Below, piece after piece: positions 38,311-51,480 of a stretch of DNA of 64,000 nt (position 1 is its first letter; every line of letters starts with the position of its first letter). The translations under genes and the position numbers were made by a program. Under the pieces are notes generated by a model. The model was not told the origin of the DNA. It did no database searches and saw only the letters and a list, made by a program, of their open reading frames with translations. Origin of the DNA: Kondoa subrosea (Eukaryota); assembly GCA_039545335.1 (NCBI GenBank), contig BCIN01000003.1, positions 620,001 to 684,000 on the forward strand. Direction: 5' to 3'.

Positions 38311-41300
38311 ATGAACAGCGCTCCTCCTGTTCCTTTGGGCAAGAGACCGGCTCTTCCTGGTCGTTCTTCTACTCTCAGTTCTATCTCTACTACGTCCTTA
38401 GCTCAAAGTCCTCAAGCTTCTCCTGCCTCTCCTGCTCCTCAAGCTAAACATATCCCTCAAGAGGTAAGCTAGAATTCATCGTTCCCTTTGTACAGTCAGC
38501 TCACGCTCTTGTTCAATGCTAGAGCAAGATTAAGCCTCCTACTGAAGCTCAATGGCAAGCTACAATGAAGTCACTTCCGAACCCGAATCGTTTGGCCGAA
38601 TTGGAAGCCTCTGTTCGAGCAGCAGATAGAGAAGCTCTGGCTGCGAAATCTGGTCTAAATAAGACTGATATCAAACCAGGTGATGCGAAGCAGGATGGGA
38701 AACCTTCAGACGGGAAACCTGGCGAGAAAACCAATCTGGAAGAGAACAAAGGCAATCAAGGCAACATAGTCAGTCTGCTCGTTCTCTCGATGCAAACTTC
38801 AAGGCACTGACCGATCCTAGAAGGTCGACGAGAAGAAGACAGCAAATTCGCCAGCTCTGAAAGCCGGAGATCCGCCTAGGAATGATGGACCAAGGCCAAC
38901 TGACCCTGCTAGAGCTCCAGAACCGCCCAAAACACCTCTCGCTCCCAATCCACCTGCTCCTCCAGCTCCTTCGGGCTTTGGTCCAAGTTCGTAAGCTGGA
39001 ATATGTCTTCATTGTAGACTGATTAGCTTGACAGGCAATCCGCTGAACAGTACTAACCCAATGTATAACAATATGATGAAGTGAGCACACTCAGTAGTAT
39101 GATCTCTTGCGCTGATCTCTTGATCTTCACAGTCGAGGTTCGTTCACCTGGAATGTCCTTATGCTTCTTCTCATACTCAGTCTTCCTCAGGAATGTACGG
39201 TGGAATGGGTATGCCTGGAATGATGGGAGGTCAGGTCTGCTTCTTTATCTCCCACATATCGACTGAAGCCAGCGAAAGGAATGGGAGATATGGGAAGAAT
39301 ACCAATGCCCATGCAACAGCCAATGCCGCCTCCAATGATGCGTATGTTGCTATATATTACATTTGGAGCAGAACTAATTAGCTATAAAGCTCAAATGCCA
39401 ATGCCTGGTTCGTGTTCAGCGCAGAATCATGATTGCAATCGCTGACATGATCAGTAGCGATGCCGATGCAGATGCGTGAGCTTTCTGATATGTCTGTGTG
39501 CACAGCTACTGATTTGCTTCTCGTCGTCAGCACAGATGCGTGAGCTGTGCAAATGCGACTTGCAGATAGATACTCATGTATCATCATTCTCGCAGCTCAG
39601 ATGCCGCCTCCGATGCCGCCTGTAAGCCACTGCTCATCCTATACTGCTAACTTTGATGTCGATCATCTGTTCAAAGCCACCTCCGTGGGTACTCTTTTGT
39701 CGTTTTACATTCGTCGCTGATATTTTGCAGTCCTCCAATGCCTCCGTGCGTATCTCAATTGCTTGAGCCTACTATACTGACCTATCTAGTTTCTGTAGAC
39801 CACCGGTATGTCTGTCGCATCGCTTAATTTGCGCAATTTGATTATGTTCATTACTAGGCTATTCCTGCACCACCTCGTAAGTAGCAATGTTTGTTCTGAT
39901 ATGTGTGCTCATCTTCTTAGCCCCTGCTCCGGCTCCACCGTGCGCTCTCGATTTTGCATTGACAGATACAAGCTGACTCGTCGGTAGACCAATGCAAGCT
40001 CCTCCGCCTATTATCCAGGCGCCTGTGCCTCGTACGCTATTCTGATTGTTCTAGTACCTAGCTGATACTCAAAAGAAACAGCATCTGTACCCAAAGGACC
40101 TGACCCGATGGTTGCTATGATGACACAGTTCAAACAACAACTGGAAGAGGCTACAAAGAAAGCTGAGCAGGCCAGATCTGCCGCGAGAGCCGTTCCACGA
40201 CCTTCGGAAGATTCAGTAGGTTTAATCGATATTAAAGGACAAATGGCAAAGCTGAGCAAATACAGTCCGACGAGTCTTCAGAGGATGAACCCGTTCGCCG
40301 ACCTAGACATCGCTCTAGGCGGGCTTCTTCTTCCCATGCGGACGAAGCAGAAGACCAGCCGAGCTCAAGAGATTCTCCCAGGCCCGTAAAGGTCAGTTGT
40401 CAGCAATCTCATCTGTCCTCGTATCGATTCTTTCTTTCAGCAAAGCGTCTGGTCTCCCGACCCTGAATTGCGCCGTCTCTTCGTAATTCTGGCTCGTCGA
40501 TCATCAGGTACTTATGCTGAAACTGCTCTTTACATAGGATGAAGACAAAGAAGGACCAAAAAGACGTCCATTCCCTATTTCGCGAGCTTCGTCATTTCAC
40601 CAAGATGAAGACAGAACTAGACACGACTTCGACGATTTCCCGCAAAGAAAACACTCTCACGATGTCTCTAGCACTACGACGCCGGAACCACTACCACCTG
40701 AGAGTCTGCCAAATCAGTGGAGACCTGGTACGCCGCCGATTTCGAGGAAAAGCAGCTGGAACTCAGAAGCTCTAGGCGAGCATCAACATTCGCCTCACCA
40801 CAGATCTAACGGTCTGCCTCATCCGAACTTGAGACGTAGATCGGATAGCAGCGGAATGGAAGGTCTGAATTCGAGGCCTAGAAGTAAGCTTGTTCTTGGT
40901 CTTGCGCAAATTGAGCCTTGATGCCCTTCAAAGCACCTGATCCGATTCATCCCGAAGATCCAGCGGTGCACTTTGGCAGAGCTACAACGCCGGTCTCGAA
41001 GCAGTTCCACGCCAGTCTTGATGAAACACCTGACCTCAGTAGTTGGCAACCTTTTCCTACTTTCTCGCAGCATGAATCAACTGAGAAGAGTAAGAGAAAC
41101 ATTGATCTTCTGGAGGAGATCTACAGCTCAGCGGCTGCTAAGTGAGGCCAAGTCTAGGATATATACTGCGCTGGCTGACCGTGGTTTACAGCAACATTGA
41201 TAGCTCGATCTGGAATCACCCTGATTTTGCCGAAGCGTGTCAAGAGAAGACGAACTACCAGACAGATCCGTTCGAACAAGGTGATTCTGGTCAGCAGACA

Positions 41301-42051
41301 CCTCGCAGTCCTGGAGTGGTCCAGTCACACGCTTTCCTTGGCTTTTCTTCGACTCATGACAAGACATTTGCCTACGAAGAAAAGACACCTTCAGGAATAT
41401 ACTCAACATCAGTGCATAATGCTATGCCATATTACCAGCAGACTCCGTCATTCGCTGAACCATCTTTCGATTTCCAAGCGACACAAACTCCTCAGCAGGT
41501 ACCTCCGCAAGAACGGTATCGTACCAACGAGATGCAACCCGAGCAACAGCTAGCACCCTGGAATCAGCATGATTTGGATCAACCTGAATCGATTTTCGAT
41601 CAACCTGCAAGACAGCTCGCCCAATCATGGGTGGAAGATCTGCCGCAACGTCAATACAATAGTAGACCTCGCCTAAGAGCTTATTATTCTCAGTCCGCCG
41701 AAGATTTTGTTGATACTTCTTCCCGCTTCTCCCGCTCAGATGCAAACGGCGAAGAAACGTACGAGGAGACTTTTGTCAGTTTCGGTCGTCCTGCTCATAA
41801 CCAGATCTACGGTCATACTCAAGATCTACTGGAAGAAGACGATATGGATTCGCCTTTACAGCGCTTTCATCCTCCTCTCAATGATTTCGGTGATGGTTCA
41901 GGGCAACAGCTCAATGGTGTGCCGTCTTCCAGTACAGGTGATCTCCCCAGTAGGTGAATAACACTCTTGCCAATACAAAACTCAGCAGCTGACGAGAACT
42001 TTCAGCTTCGACAGTGATTTCAGTTGCGATATAGATTTCAGATTGCCTTGA
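38311..42051 (+). CDS. Large disordered Pro/Met-rich protein assembled from a microexon array
   Basis: Manual splicing keeps one reading frame from MNSAPPVPLGKR through 13 consecutive introns in 39081-40075 and later exons to ...IDFRLP*. No catalytic domain recognised. Confidence 0.7.
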
Positions 42052-42095
42052 CAAGTTGTATCGATGCAATGATATGTATGCTAGTATATAGGAGA

Positions 42096-43675
42096 CTACA
42101 GTTCATTCAGAAGTGCCTTGTCCTTATCGAATAATCGCCGCATGCAATGGAATGGATAGGCTTTGGGCACTGCATTGAGTCGATCGAAAGCTTCTGTAGC
42201 TTCTCTGTTCTCCTTCTGCTTCTGTTGCTGGATCTCTTGTATTGACTGTCGAACTGCTGTTGCGTTCGCGGGCGATATTTGTTCCGTATAACCATTAAGG
42301 ACTTGTTGCCATTGCTTGACATTTCCAAAACTTGCTGCCAATGGATTACTTGACCATTGTGTATAGTACAATCGTAAAGCCATAAGTAGACTATGAGACG
42401 CTTGAGCTTTTTCATCTGCGTAATGAAAACAGTATCCGCTAAAGATCGCAAATCAGCTCAGGTCAAACAGAAATCTCATGAAACGGACTCAGCAAGACCA
42501 TTCTGTATCAGCAATCCCTGCTTTACTTCCTTTTCGCTTAGTTCTAATTTACTATACAACGCCTCCACTTCTTTGTTAACCGATATCGAGTTGTCAAAAT
42601 TGGTTTCCTCCAGGATAAAACCATACTCAGCCAGCAGACAGGCATCAGAGTGTGCGCCGTAGGGGAAAAAGACTTCCCTACGCAACTCCATAAGCTATCC
42701 GTGATTTTATAACACAAGCCTGGGAAAACGAACTCGTCTTTGAGAATGAGCGGTTCGGAAGAAGTGACTGTTGTATCTTCTGCTAAACTGGACATGAAGG
42801 ATAATTTTGTCCATTCATAATATGGTGTAGCCTGATCAAAAATGTATATCAGTATTTCTCGAAGGCAATCGAGGATTGAAGATTTACTTTCTTCTTCGGC
42901 GCATGATTGACCATATCCATTATAGGACACATTGTGAAGTTATCTTCCTGACGAGAGAGATTGAGGTTATGGTAGATGCATCGAGTGTTCACCATAAGCC
43001 AAGCCCAGCAAATATCTTTTTCGTCTAACGAGCTAGGAAGAACAGCTTTCTTCAATGCGAAAGAGGTAGGATTGGCCAATATTTCAGCCTGGCGACTTGT
43101 CAGATTTTCACTACGAGAGATATAATAGGCAAAAGCATACGTATTCTGATTGCAAAGCATGGAGATCTAGCTTATAACGCTTCCTTACATCTCCTAAACA
43201 AGCCTGAAACTCGCTCGTAGTATGCTCCAAGATCTCTTCTATTCCATCAGGAGTAAACGAAGCCAACCAAAGTGGATGATCCTCCATATCTTGAGGTAGA
43301 CTTTGGATGAATGGAATAGACAGCGTATCTTCGTCAACTTGCGATAAAGATGAATGACGAAAGAGAGCAAGATGAAGAGTGACGAGCTGAATAGCTGTCA
43401 ATGTGCTATAAAGGCTGGCAGGATAGAAGGGTCGAAGTGTCTTAGCATGCAAGAGTGCAGTGTTTGGAATTGATATTAAACGAGTCGCAGGCTCAAGAGG
43501 ATTTTCAGATCAAAGTAGGGACACATTGTACAGGAGCCCATACAGGAATGTCTTGAGTCGCGTACAATCCCCGTACTCCATTCTTCACATCCAGATGCAC
43601 TTTCAAAGTACTCGCATCAAAGTCGTGCTTGCGCTCAAGCCAGCTGATGAGATCTGTCCATATAGGATCTGTCAT
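42096..43675 (-). CDS. SET-domain protein lysine methyltransferase (Rkm2/SETD4-like)
   Basis: GVRGLYATQDI, WAWLMVNTRCIY, PIMDMVNH, EVFFPYGAHSDACLLAEYGF, ALRL. Confidence 0.88.
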
Positions 43676-43763
43676 GGGAGACACAGAGTGAAGAGAGAGT
43701 GGCAGCACGAAACAACCTTGCATTGAAATCCGCGTAAGCCTGGGTTCGTTCATTACCACGACT

Positions 43764-46700
43764 ATGGTTGGCTCTAACTCTGCTGGTGAGCCTCGCACAG
43801 CTCCTAAGAGTAGCTTAAGTCTGATGCCTGCCTTGGCTGGGCTTAGCTGGCATCCTGTCCTTACTTGACGATGATGACCTCGAGATTCAAGAATACGCTT
43901 TGTCGCAATTGGATGTTCACGTTTCTCAATTCTGGCCAGAGATTTCAGACTCGTTAACAAAGATTGAGATCATCTACGAGACTTCAACCTCACAATCGCT
44001 CAAAAATCTGGCTGCTTTGGTCATTTCGAAAGTCTACTTCCATCTAGGTGACTTGGACGAGTCTCTCAACTTTGCTCTCAATGCTGGAGACCTCTTCCAA
44101 ATCGATGGAGTTGACGGCGATCAATATGTAGAAACAGTCATCTGTGAGTTGGCATTCAAATGTAGGAGTTTGCCTAGAGCTTGACTGTCATACTTGCAGC
44201 CCAATGTATCGACAAGTATATCCTACTCAGGTCAGAAGATGAAGCTTCATCATCATCAGCAGTGGCTTCTACCTCGAAAGCACCAGCAAGTAATGAAGCG
44301 CGAATGCAATCGATTGTCGAAAAGATGCTTCAACGTTGTTTGCGGGATCAAGAATACAAGCAAGCACTTGGTATTGCTCTGGAAACACGTCGGCTGGATG
44401 TACTTCAAGATATCTTGTCATCAAAAGAAGCCGTTTCGTCAGATCCAGCTCTCCTTTCCTACGTCTTGCAATCTACAATGACTCTCCTCACAAAGCTTGA
44501 TCTACGGAATCAAGTCCTCAATCTGCTCGTTGGCCTCTTCTACAAGACCGAACCTTTGCCTGACTACTTCTCTATCGCTCAATGTTTCGTCTACCTGAAC
44601 GATTCAGCTCAAGCTGCTACAATGATGCAAGAGCTTTTGAAAGACGAAGACTCGGAAGAGAAGACATTGATCGCTTTGCAAGTAGCTTTCGATCTTGCCG
44701 ATACTGCGACACAAGAATTTTTGGGCGCAGTGAGAGAACAGTTGAAACCGGCCGAAGGTCAAACAAGCGTGAGTTTTCTTCATCGAAGCATCTATCATTT
44801 TTTCTAACATGTGTTTTTCAGTCTGCACTTACCACCAAAATCACTCAAATTCTAACTGGAAAAGATTCTATCCGACTCTACCTTGAATTCCTCTACAAGA
44901 ACAACAAATCCGATCTCTCTATTCTCAAAGGTTCCAAAGATGTTTTAGAAGGACGAAACTCAGTGTTCCACTCCGCCATCACTTTCGCCAACGCTTTCTC
45001 CAACGCAGGAACTACTTCTGACCTCTTCTTACGAGAAAATTTGGATTGGTTAGGAAAAGCTTCTAATTGGTCTAAATTCTCAGCAACGGCTGCTTTGGGT
45101 GTCATTCATAAAGGAAATTTGGATCAAGCTATGGAAATTTTGCAACCTTATTTACCTGCTACTGGTGGAACGAATGGATCCACTAGTGTTTTTAGTGAAG
45201 GTGGTTCGCTTTATGCTTTGGGTTTAGTCAATGCGAATCATGGAGTGGGAGTGTTGAGCTATTTGAAAGATGCACTCAAGAACAATCAGAATGAAACTAT
45301 TTTGCATGGTGCTGCTCTGGGTTTAGGTGTAGCTGGTATGGCTACTGGAAACGAAGGTCGGAAGAGAACCTGACATGATTAGAATTTATACTGATACTGC
45401 CACGTGTTCTTGATGACAGAAATCTACGATGAGCTACGAAGTGCTTTGTACAACGATAATGCTGTAGCTGGAGAAGCAGCAGGTTATGCGATGGGTCTCG
45501 TCATGCTTGGTACAGCTTCAAGCAAAGCTCTGGATGAAATGCTTCAATACGCTCATGAAACTCAACATGAGAAGATCATTCGTGGTTTGGCTATCGGCAT
45601 GTCTTTCCTCATGTATGGCAAACAGGAAGAAGCGGATGGATTGATCGAGACTCTTACTTCCGATAAGGTTCGTGTTGGCGAAAGACGTTCAGTTTGCGAT
45701 GACTGATTGCCTTTTTGTTCACGAACAGGATCCTATTCTTCGCTATGGAGGTATCTACACTATCGCTCTCGCATATGCTGGAACTGGCAACAGCAAAGCT
45801 ATTCGCAAACTCCTTCATGTCGCTGTTTCAGATACTAATGATGATGTTCGAAGAGCTGCTGTTATCGCGCTTGGTTTCCTTCTTTTCCGCACACCAAGTC
45901 AAGTACCTCGAATTGTTCAACTGCTCAGTGAGAGTTATAACCCAAACGTGAGGTTCGGTGCGACTTTGGCTTTGGGTGTTTCTTGCGCTGGAACAGGTCT
46001 AGAGGTTAGCCTAGGACCGGATATATCAGTGCGATACTGATTAAATCCTGTTGTAATACTGACAGGAAGCCATTGCCCTACTTGAACCTATGACCAAAGA
46101 TCCAGTCGACTTCGTTCGCCAAGGAGCCTGTGTTTCACTTGCCATGATCCTGATTCAGCAAAACGAAACACTCAACCCGAAGGTCAAGACTACTAGAGAA
46201 CTTTTTGCGAAGATCATCAAAGACAAGCATGAAGACGCAATGGCCAAATTAGGAGCAACAATGGCTCAAGGCCTGATCGATGCAGGAGGAAGAAATGTCA
46301 CTATCTCAATGCAAAGCAAGTCCGGAAGCTCCAACATGCCAGCGATTGTCGGACTGGCCCTCTTTACTCAATTCTGGTATTGGTTCCCTCTGGCTCATTG
46401 CGCTTCTTTGGCTTTCACTCCTACCGCTATTATCGGTGTCGACAAAGATCTCAAGCTACCTAAATTCGACTTCGTCTCGAACGTCAAACCCTCACTTTTC
46501 GCTTATCAACCGCAAACGAAACCACCTCAGAAAGAAACGATTGAGAAGGTCGCTACTGCTGTGCTATCTACCACAGCAAAGACAACTGCTCGAGCAAAGA
46601 CAAGGGAGAAGGAAAAGGCTGGATCTGATGCTATGGATACAGTAAGTTTCGCTCTCGGGTCAAGATTGCTGTAGCTTATATTCATGGCAGGACGAGACAC

Positions 46701-47302
46701 CTGCTAGTGCAACATCAGAAAGCAAGCCAAAAGAACTTGAGCCAATGCAAACTGATGAAGTACCAGCAGCGGAGGAAGCTGCTAAAGATAGCAAGGATGA
46801 AAAGACAGAAGTCAAAAAGCCTCGCAAAGCAGAACCCAAATCTGAAAACTTGCCTAACCTGTCTCGAGTGGTTCCAGCTCAACTTCCGTACATTTCTTTC
46901 CCTTCTGAATCTCGCTTCCAACCTGTTCGACCTGTCGTACCTGCTGCAATCAAGTCAGTTAGCAAGTCAAGCAAATCGAAAGATGCTTCGCCCGCTGCAG
47001 CTGCGATTCTAGCTGCAAGCTCAACTTTAACAAGCAGAGCAGGCGGAGGAATTTTCGTCGTGAGAGATACGAAACCATCAGAAGAGGCGGAATTCTTGGA
47101 AATGGAAGCAGTCAAACCGATCGATAATGGACCAGCAGCTACAGATGCACCAGCAGCAGCTCAAGCGGATTCAGGTTTGAATGTGGATATGACCGGCCCT
47201 ATAGCGGAAATGCGTTCGTGCTCATGTCCTTTGAAGTATTGAATGAGCTAATATGTGTTTGTTACAGCTCCAAGCTTCGAATATCCGTTCGGGCAGGACT
47301 AG
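43764..47302 (+). CDS. RPN2: 26S proteasome regulatory subunit Rpn2 (PSMD1)
   Basis: [39 protein letters not shown] repeats, [32 protein letters not shown]. Confidence 0.98.
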
Positions 47303-47361
47303 AACAGGCAAGAATTACAAAGTACAAAGAGAAAAATGCACTGCATACAATTCACAAAGCG

Positions 47362-47805
47362 CTACCAGTCGCCTCCTCTCTTGTTTCTTTGTTTCGGTAT
47401 CAGGATCTGTAAGAGGTATTCGGCTGCAAATGAGAGCTGAACTAAGGGATCTCTTACTTCGACTTGAGAAACGTCTTGAAGTGATTGCAGCCAATTCTTG
47501 ACCTGATTGATGTTCAGAGAGATATACGATCGATGAAAGAGACTCACTTCGTCCGCTTGTGATGCGCTATTGCTTGTCGGTATTCCAGGCAAACAAACGA
47601 CTTGACTGTTTCCCATACTTCCCGAACCTATAGAGCCTAGCTGTTGCAGCGATTGACATACAGGCGGCGCTGAGGCGAGACTGGAAGCTTCAAGGGGAGT
47701 GGAAGAGCTGGCAGAAGGTAAAAAAGCGAGCGCGCTTGATGACGATATTTCGCATGCAAAGTAAGTGTTGGACGTGTAATCGAGATGAAGGGGTGCAGTT
47801 GACAT
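47362..47805 (-). CDS. Small stand-alone kexin/S8 prodomain-like protein
   Basis: DYTSNTYFACEI...LGSIG...VKNWLQSLQDVSQVE/ILIPKQRNKRGGDW. Two putative introns (47547-47503, 47457-47407). Gene existence is well supported; the family call is from recalled similarity. Confidence 0.55.
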   Translation of the reverse strand: MSTAPLHLDYTSNTYFACEISSSSALAFLPSASSSTPLEASSLASAPPVCQSLQQLGSIGSGSMGNSQVVCLPGIPTSNSASQADEVSLFHRSYISLNINQVKNWLQSLQDVSQVEVRDPLVQLSFAAEYLLQILIPKQRNKRGGDW

Positions 47806-48262
47806 GATTGATGATATTGATAAGGCTGATCAGGCTAGCTGAACGGCATTGACAAGCAGCAAAAGATTTGTTTTGTTTCTTGAACTCATCCCATGACTGG
47901 CCTATGGATTATGTCCTATGCTTTGCTCTGTAGCGATTCGGATTGTGCCATGGCTCAAGATCAAGAAGCTCATTAGACCGAAAGAGGCTATGTTGGGCTG
48001 CGATAAGTTCTGAATTCATGTTCACTTCTTGGCCCTGTTATCCATGCCCAGTGCGATTGCGCTGATGTCTGTTATCACTGTATTAACGCGACTATCACGG
48101 TCGATACACGGCGCTAACACTTGGAAGGCTATCCTATCATCGCCTTTACTGATTGACTTCTGAAACTCCTTGCGTTCTTGTTCCTCTCGCTCATCTATCC
48201 TCTTCCTTTACTCTCCATCCTTCTCTTGAATACTGTGTCGACTTGTCTCTGCATTCTGCTGT

Positions 48263-48807
48263 GATGAACTACAATAACCCTCAGCTCGAAAACAAGCTTA
48301 AAGCAGTGCTAATACCTCAAAGACAGAATCGATAAGATTTCCAGGCAAGAAAAGGCGGAGAAGGCTCACGAAAATGAACAGCGAAGACAAAAGCAGATTC
48401 AGCAAGCTGAACATCAAAGATCCGAAGCAGAACGGGAGTATCCCCAACGTCATGTACGGGTAGCTTATTCTGCTCGACATACTCTAAAGCTGAACGTTTC
48501 TTCGCAGCCTCGCAGTTTTGCTCCCTTCGTCAGAATGAGCGGTACTGAAAAAGGTCAACATGTTTACGAAACCACAGATGGTTTCCTCTTCCGTGATGGG
48601 CAGGCCCCTGTCACAATGCAATATCATGTACGTCCGAGAAGAGGAACGTCTGAGATTGGAGCTCACGACTCTTAGCCTCATATCGATCATCCTCATATCG
48701 CGGGCCAAAAGAGAGAGTCAGAATCAGGCAAACCTGAATATGAGTACTTGAACTATTTTGATAAGCAGCGTAGATATTGGGACACAAAGGCCCCTGTTCA
48801 CAGATGA
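48263..48807 (+). CDS. Small hypothetical protein (start uncertain)
   Basis: Exons RIDKISRQEK...YPQRH / PRSFAPF...MQYH / PHIDHP...APVHR* joined by introns 48454-48507 and 48628-48675. The 5' end is unresolved. Confidence 0.45.
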
Positions 48808-49471
48808 AGACTTGGGGCGCTTTGATTGATTGCACTTGCAGAGTACTCGAGCGAGATCCCCGGAAGAGCAATAGCAGATGAATTGTAAACTATCTTATGC
48901 AATGCAAAACTTGAACAGACTCCTACTAAACTAATACCGCAAGGTTACTATACACAACGAAGTAGAGGAGAGATGAATGTTTTCCCTTTGACTCTTCTTG
49001 AACTCTTTTCAGTGAAATGCGAGATGACGAGCAGAGAGGGATGGAGGCGAAGTGATTTTGAGATGGGGCATGATATCTTGAGGAAACTTGGATGCGGTTA
49101 TCGAAGTACCGGAAATTCAGAGCTGAGAGAGGAAAGAAGAGTTCGTTAAATGTTTTGACGTGATGGTGACTTGAAGTACTTTCCATTCGTTAGATCGAGG
49201 TACAGACTGTTCTGAACAACCGAAACCGTGCAGTTAAATGTATGAAGAACGACAGATGCGTTATTGAAATTTTGCGTGATGAATGTTTTGGCATAAAGGT
49301 TCAAAAGAGTGTGATGGGGTGAACATGAGAGACCATTGACGATGGACAGGCTAGATATAAAAATTGAGGATTGTTAGTCACGAGATAGAAAGACAAACTC
49401 ACCGGCACAGATGCTCGTTAAAGCCCTCAAAGTATCTTTACTATATACAACTTCCTTGACATTTCTATCTT

Positions 49472-51080
49472 CTACGAGACGTTCATTGCTTCCGCTTCCA
49501 TTGGCCATGTATGCGACGCAAATTGCGGTTGCTGAGTGATCTTGACCGTTGGCGAGCTTTGCGTGCAATCCATCGGATCGACAAGAGAGCAGGCAGAGAG
49601 CGGTGTTATGGGCGTCATGGGTTCAGAGTCGTCGTCAAAGTCCAGACAATCATCTGAAGAAGCTGAGCTGAAGCTAGATTCTGAAGAAGGACTTGTGAGC
49701 GGAGAAGACGACCTTTGATATGAAGAGGAGCGCGACATTGGTGACGAACAAGGGTCGCTGCTGAAAAGAATAGGAGATTGAGGAAGAGCGAAGCGGTTAC
49801 CTGAAAGATACCATTCGCGAGCAAAAGTGCTTGATCGAGAGTAGAAGGCGAAAGAGTACTTCTTGATGACGATGCCAGATACTTGATCGAGATGTTCGCC
49901 AAGATGCGAGTCCAGAAGGTGAACAATTGAAAGCACATTGGGAGTTTCATATTGCCGCTAGAAGAAAGTCGCAATCAGCTCAAGTTGAGAGAAACTTGAT
50001 GAGCTGGAAACGAACCCGTCGTTCTTTGCCCATCATGAACCTTGCAAGCATCAGAGAAGCCACTGCCACATCTGAAGGCTTGAAAGCAACGAAAGCTCGA
50101 TGAAAGAGGGTGATCTCCATCAAGAAGCGCGATACATGTTGAACCCTTTGTTCTTCCAACCCATAGCCAACAGAGGCAAGTCGAAGCCAGGCTTCTGCTG
50201 TTGGATGACCGAGAACCCAGCCAATGGTTGATAGAACGTGACCTTCCATTTGAATGAAAGCGCTTTCTTCATAAGCGTTGCAGCATGCTTGTGCCAATTC
50301 TTGAACTGTTGGCACACGGTCTTTGGCATCTTCGAATTTTGCAGCGATCCAAAGAGCAGCACTGTTGAAAGAGAGAAAAAATTCGCGTTAAGTATTCCGT
50401 TATTTTGAATACCGCAGCGAGGAAAAACTGACCAGCCGACGAGCTGATAATGCTTCTTGAACACAATACGTTTCGATACATAACGGTCAACAATGTTGAT
50501 AGCCAAGTAAAGCGTTTCTGATCTCAGAGCGTGTTGTTGATGAATTTCGACCAGGAAATCGACAAGATATGGGCGCATATACCACTGCAGTTCCGGCTGC
50601 TGATCAATGAGTTCCACGGAGGCGATTGTGCGTTCCTGTTGTCAAAAGTTCACACGCGCATCAACATAAAGTTGATTACCACGCAAAACGAAGACAAACC
50701 TCCATAGTGTACATATACTCTTGAACATCATCCCGATACTCAACTTCCATCAAATTCTGCAACTCTCGTTCAAAAGCAATTTGTTGATTGATGCCTCGAT
50801 CCGAAATGACTGCGGTGCCAGGACTTGATCTCCTCAACGGTGGTCTTTGAGGATTGCTTGAACTAGCTTTCGGTGGAGCCAAGACTGCTCTTGCTTGTTG
50901 TTGAGAAGAGGAAGAAGAAGAAGATGATGAAGATTGGGAAGAAGATAAAGGAGACGAACGAGGTGAAGGAGAGGATGAAGCGACTGATTGATAACCGCTG
51001 TCTGCATGCCTCGGACTTCTCTTCTTAGGTAAGAATGTACTGCGGTTGGAAGGAAGGTTTGAAGTGGATGTAACCTTCAT
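49472..51080 (-). CDS. G1/S cyclin (Cln1/Puc1-like)
   Basis: EYRDDVQEYM, IDQQPELQWYMRPYLVDFLVEIH, LAINIVDRYVSKRIV, ALWIAAKFEDAK, FIQMEGHVL; PEST-like Ser-rich C-terminus. Confidence 0.92.
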
Positions 51081-51480
51081 ATTGACTGTGGTATTGGCAA
51101 GCGTGAGTTGTTTGAAGTTAGTAATGTTGGGCGTTTAGTTTGAGAGTTGGTTGACGTAAAAGTTTTGGACGCGCGAATTTGAGGTTAGTTTGGTAATTTG
51201 ATTTGAAAGAGCGTGAAGTAGTTGGAGTTGATTTGATTTGAAGGAATGTCGTTAGTTGGTAAGTTGAGTTAAAAGAGCGTAATGGTTTGTTATATATTCG
51301 TTTGAGGAATTGAAAAGGGCGAGTTATAGAAAGAGATATATAGAACACACGATAGTCAGCACTGCTAGACCACCTTTCTCGGAGTAAGAAGGTAAATAAT
51401 GAAGGATAGGAGAGGAGAGAAAGGGTAGGTCCAGGTTAAAAGGATGGTCGAGAGTGTTGTGATGTGTTTTGCATGGTTGT

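Noticed and set aside
43676..43763. Rpn4/PACE element upstream of RPN2
   Set aside because: Only a partial GTGGCA is present, not GGTGGCAAA.
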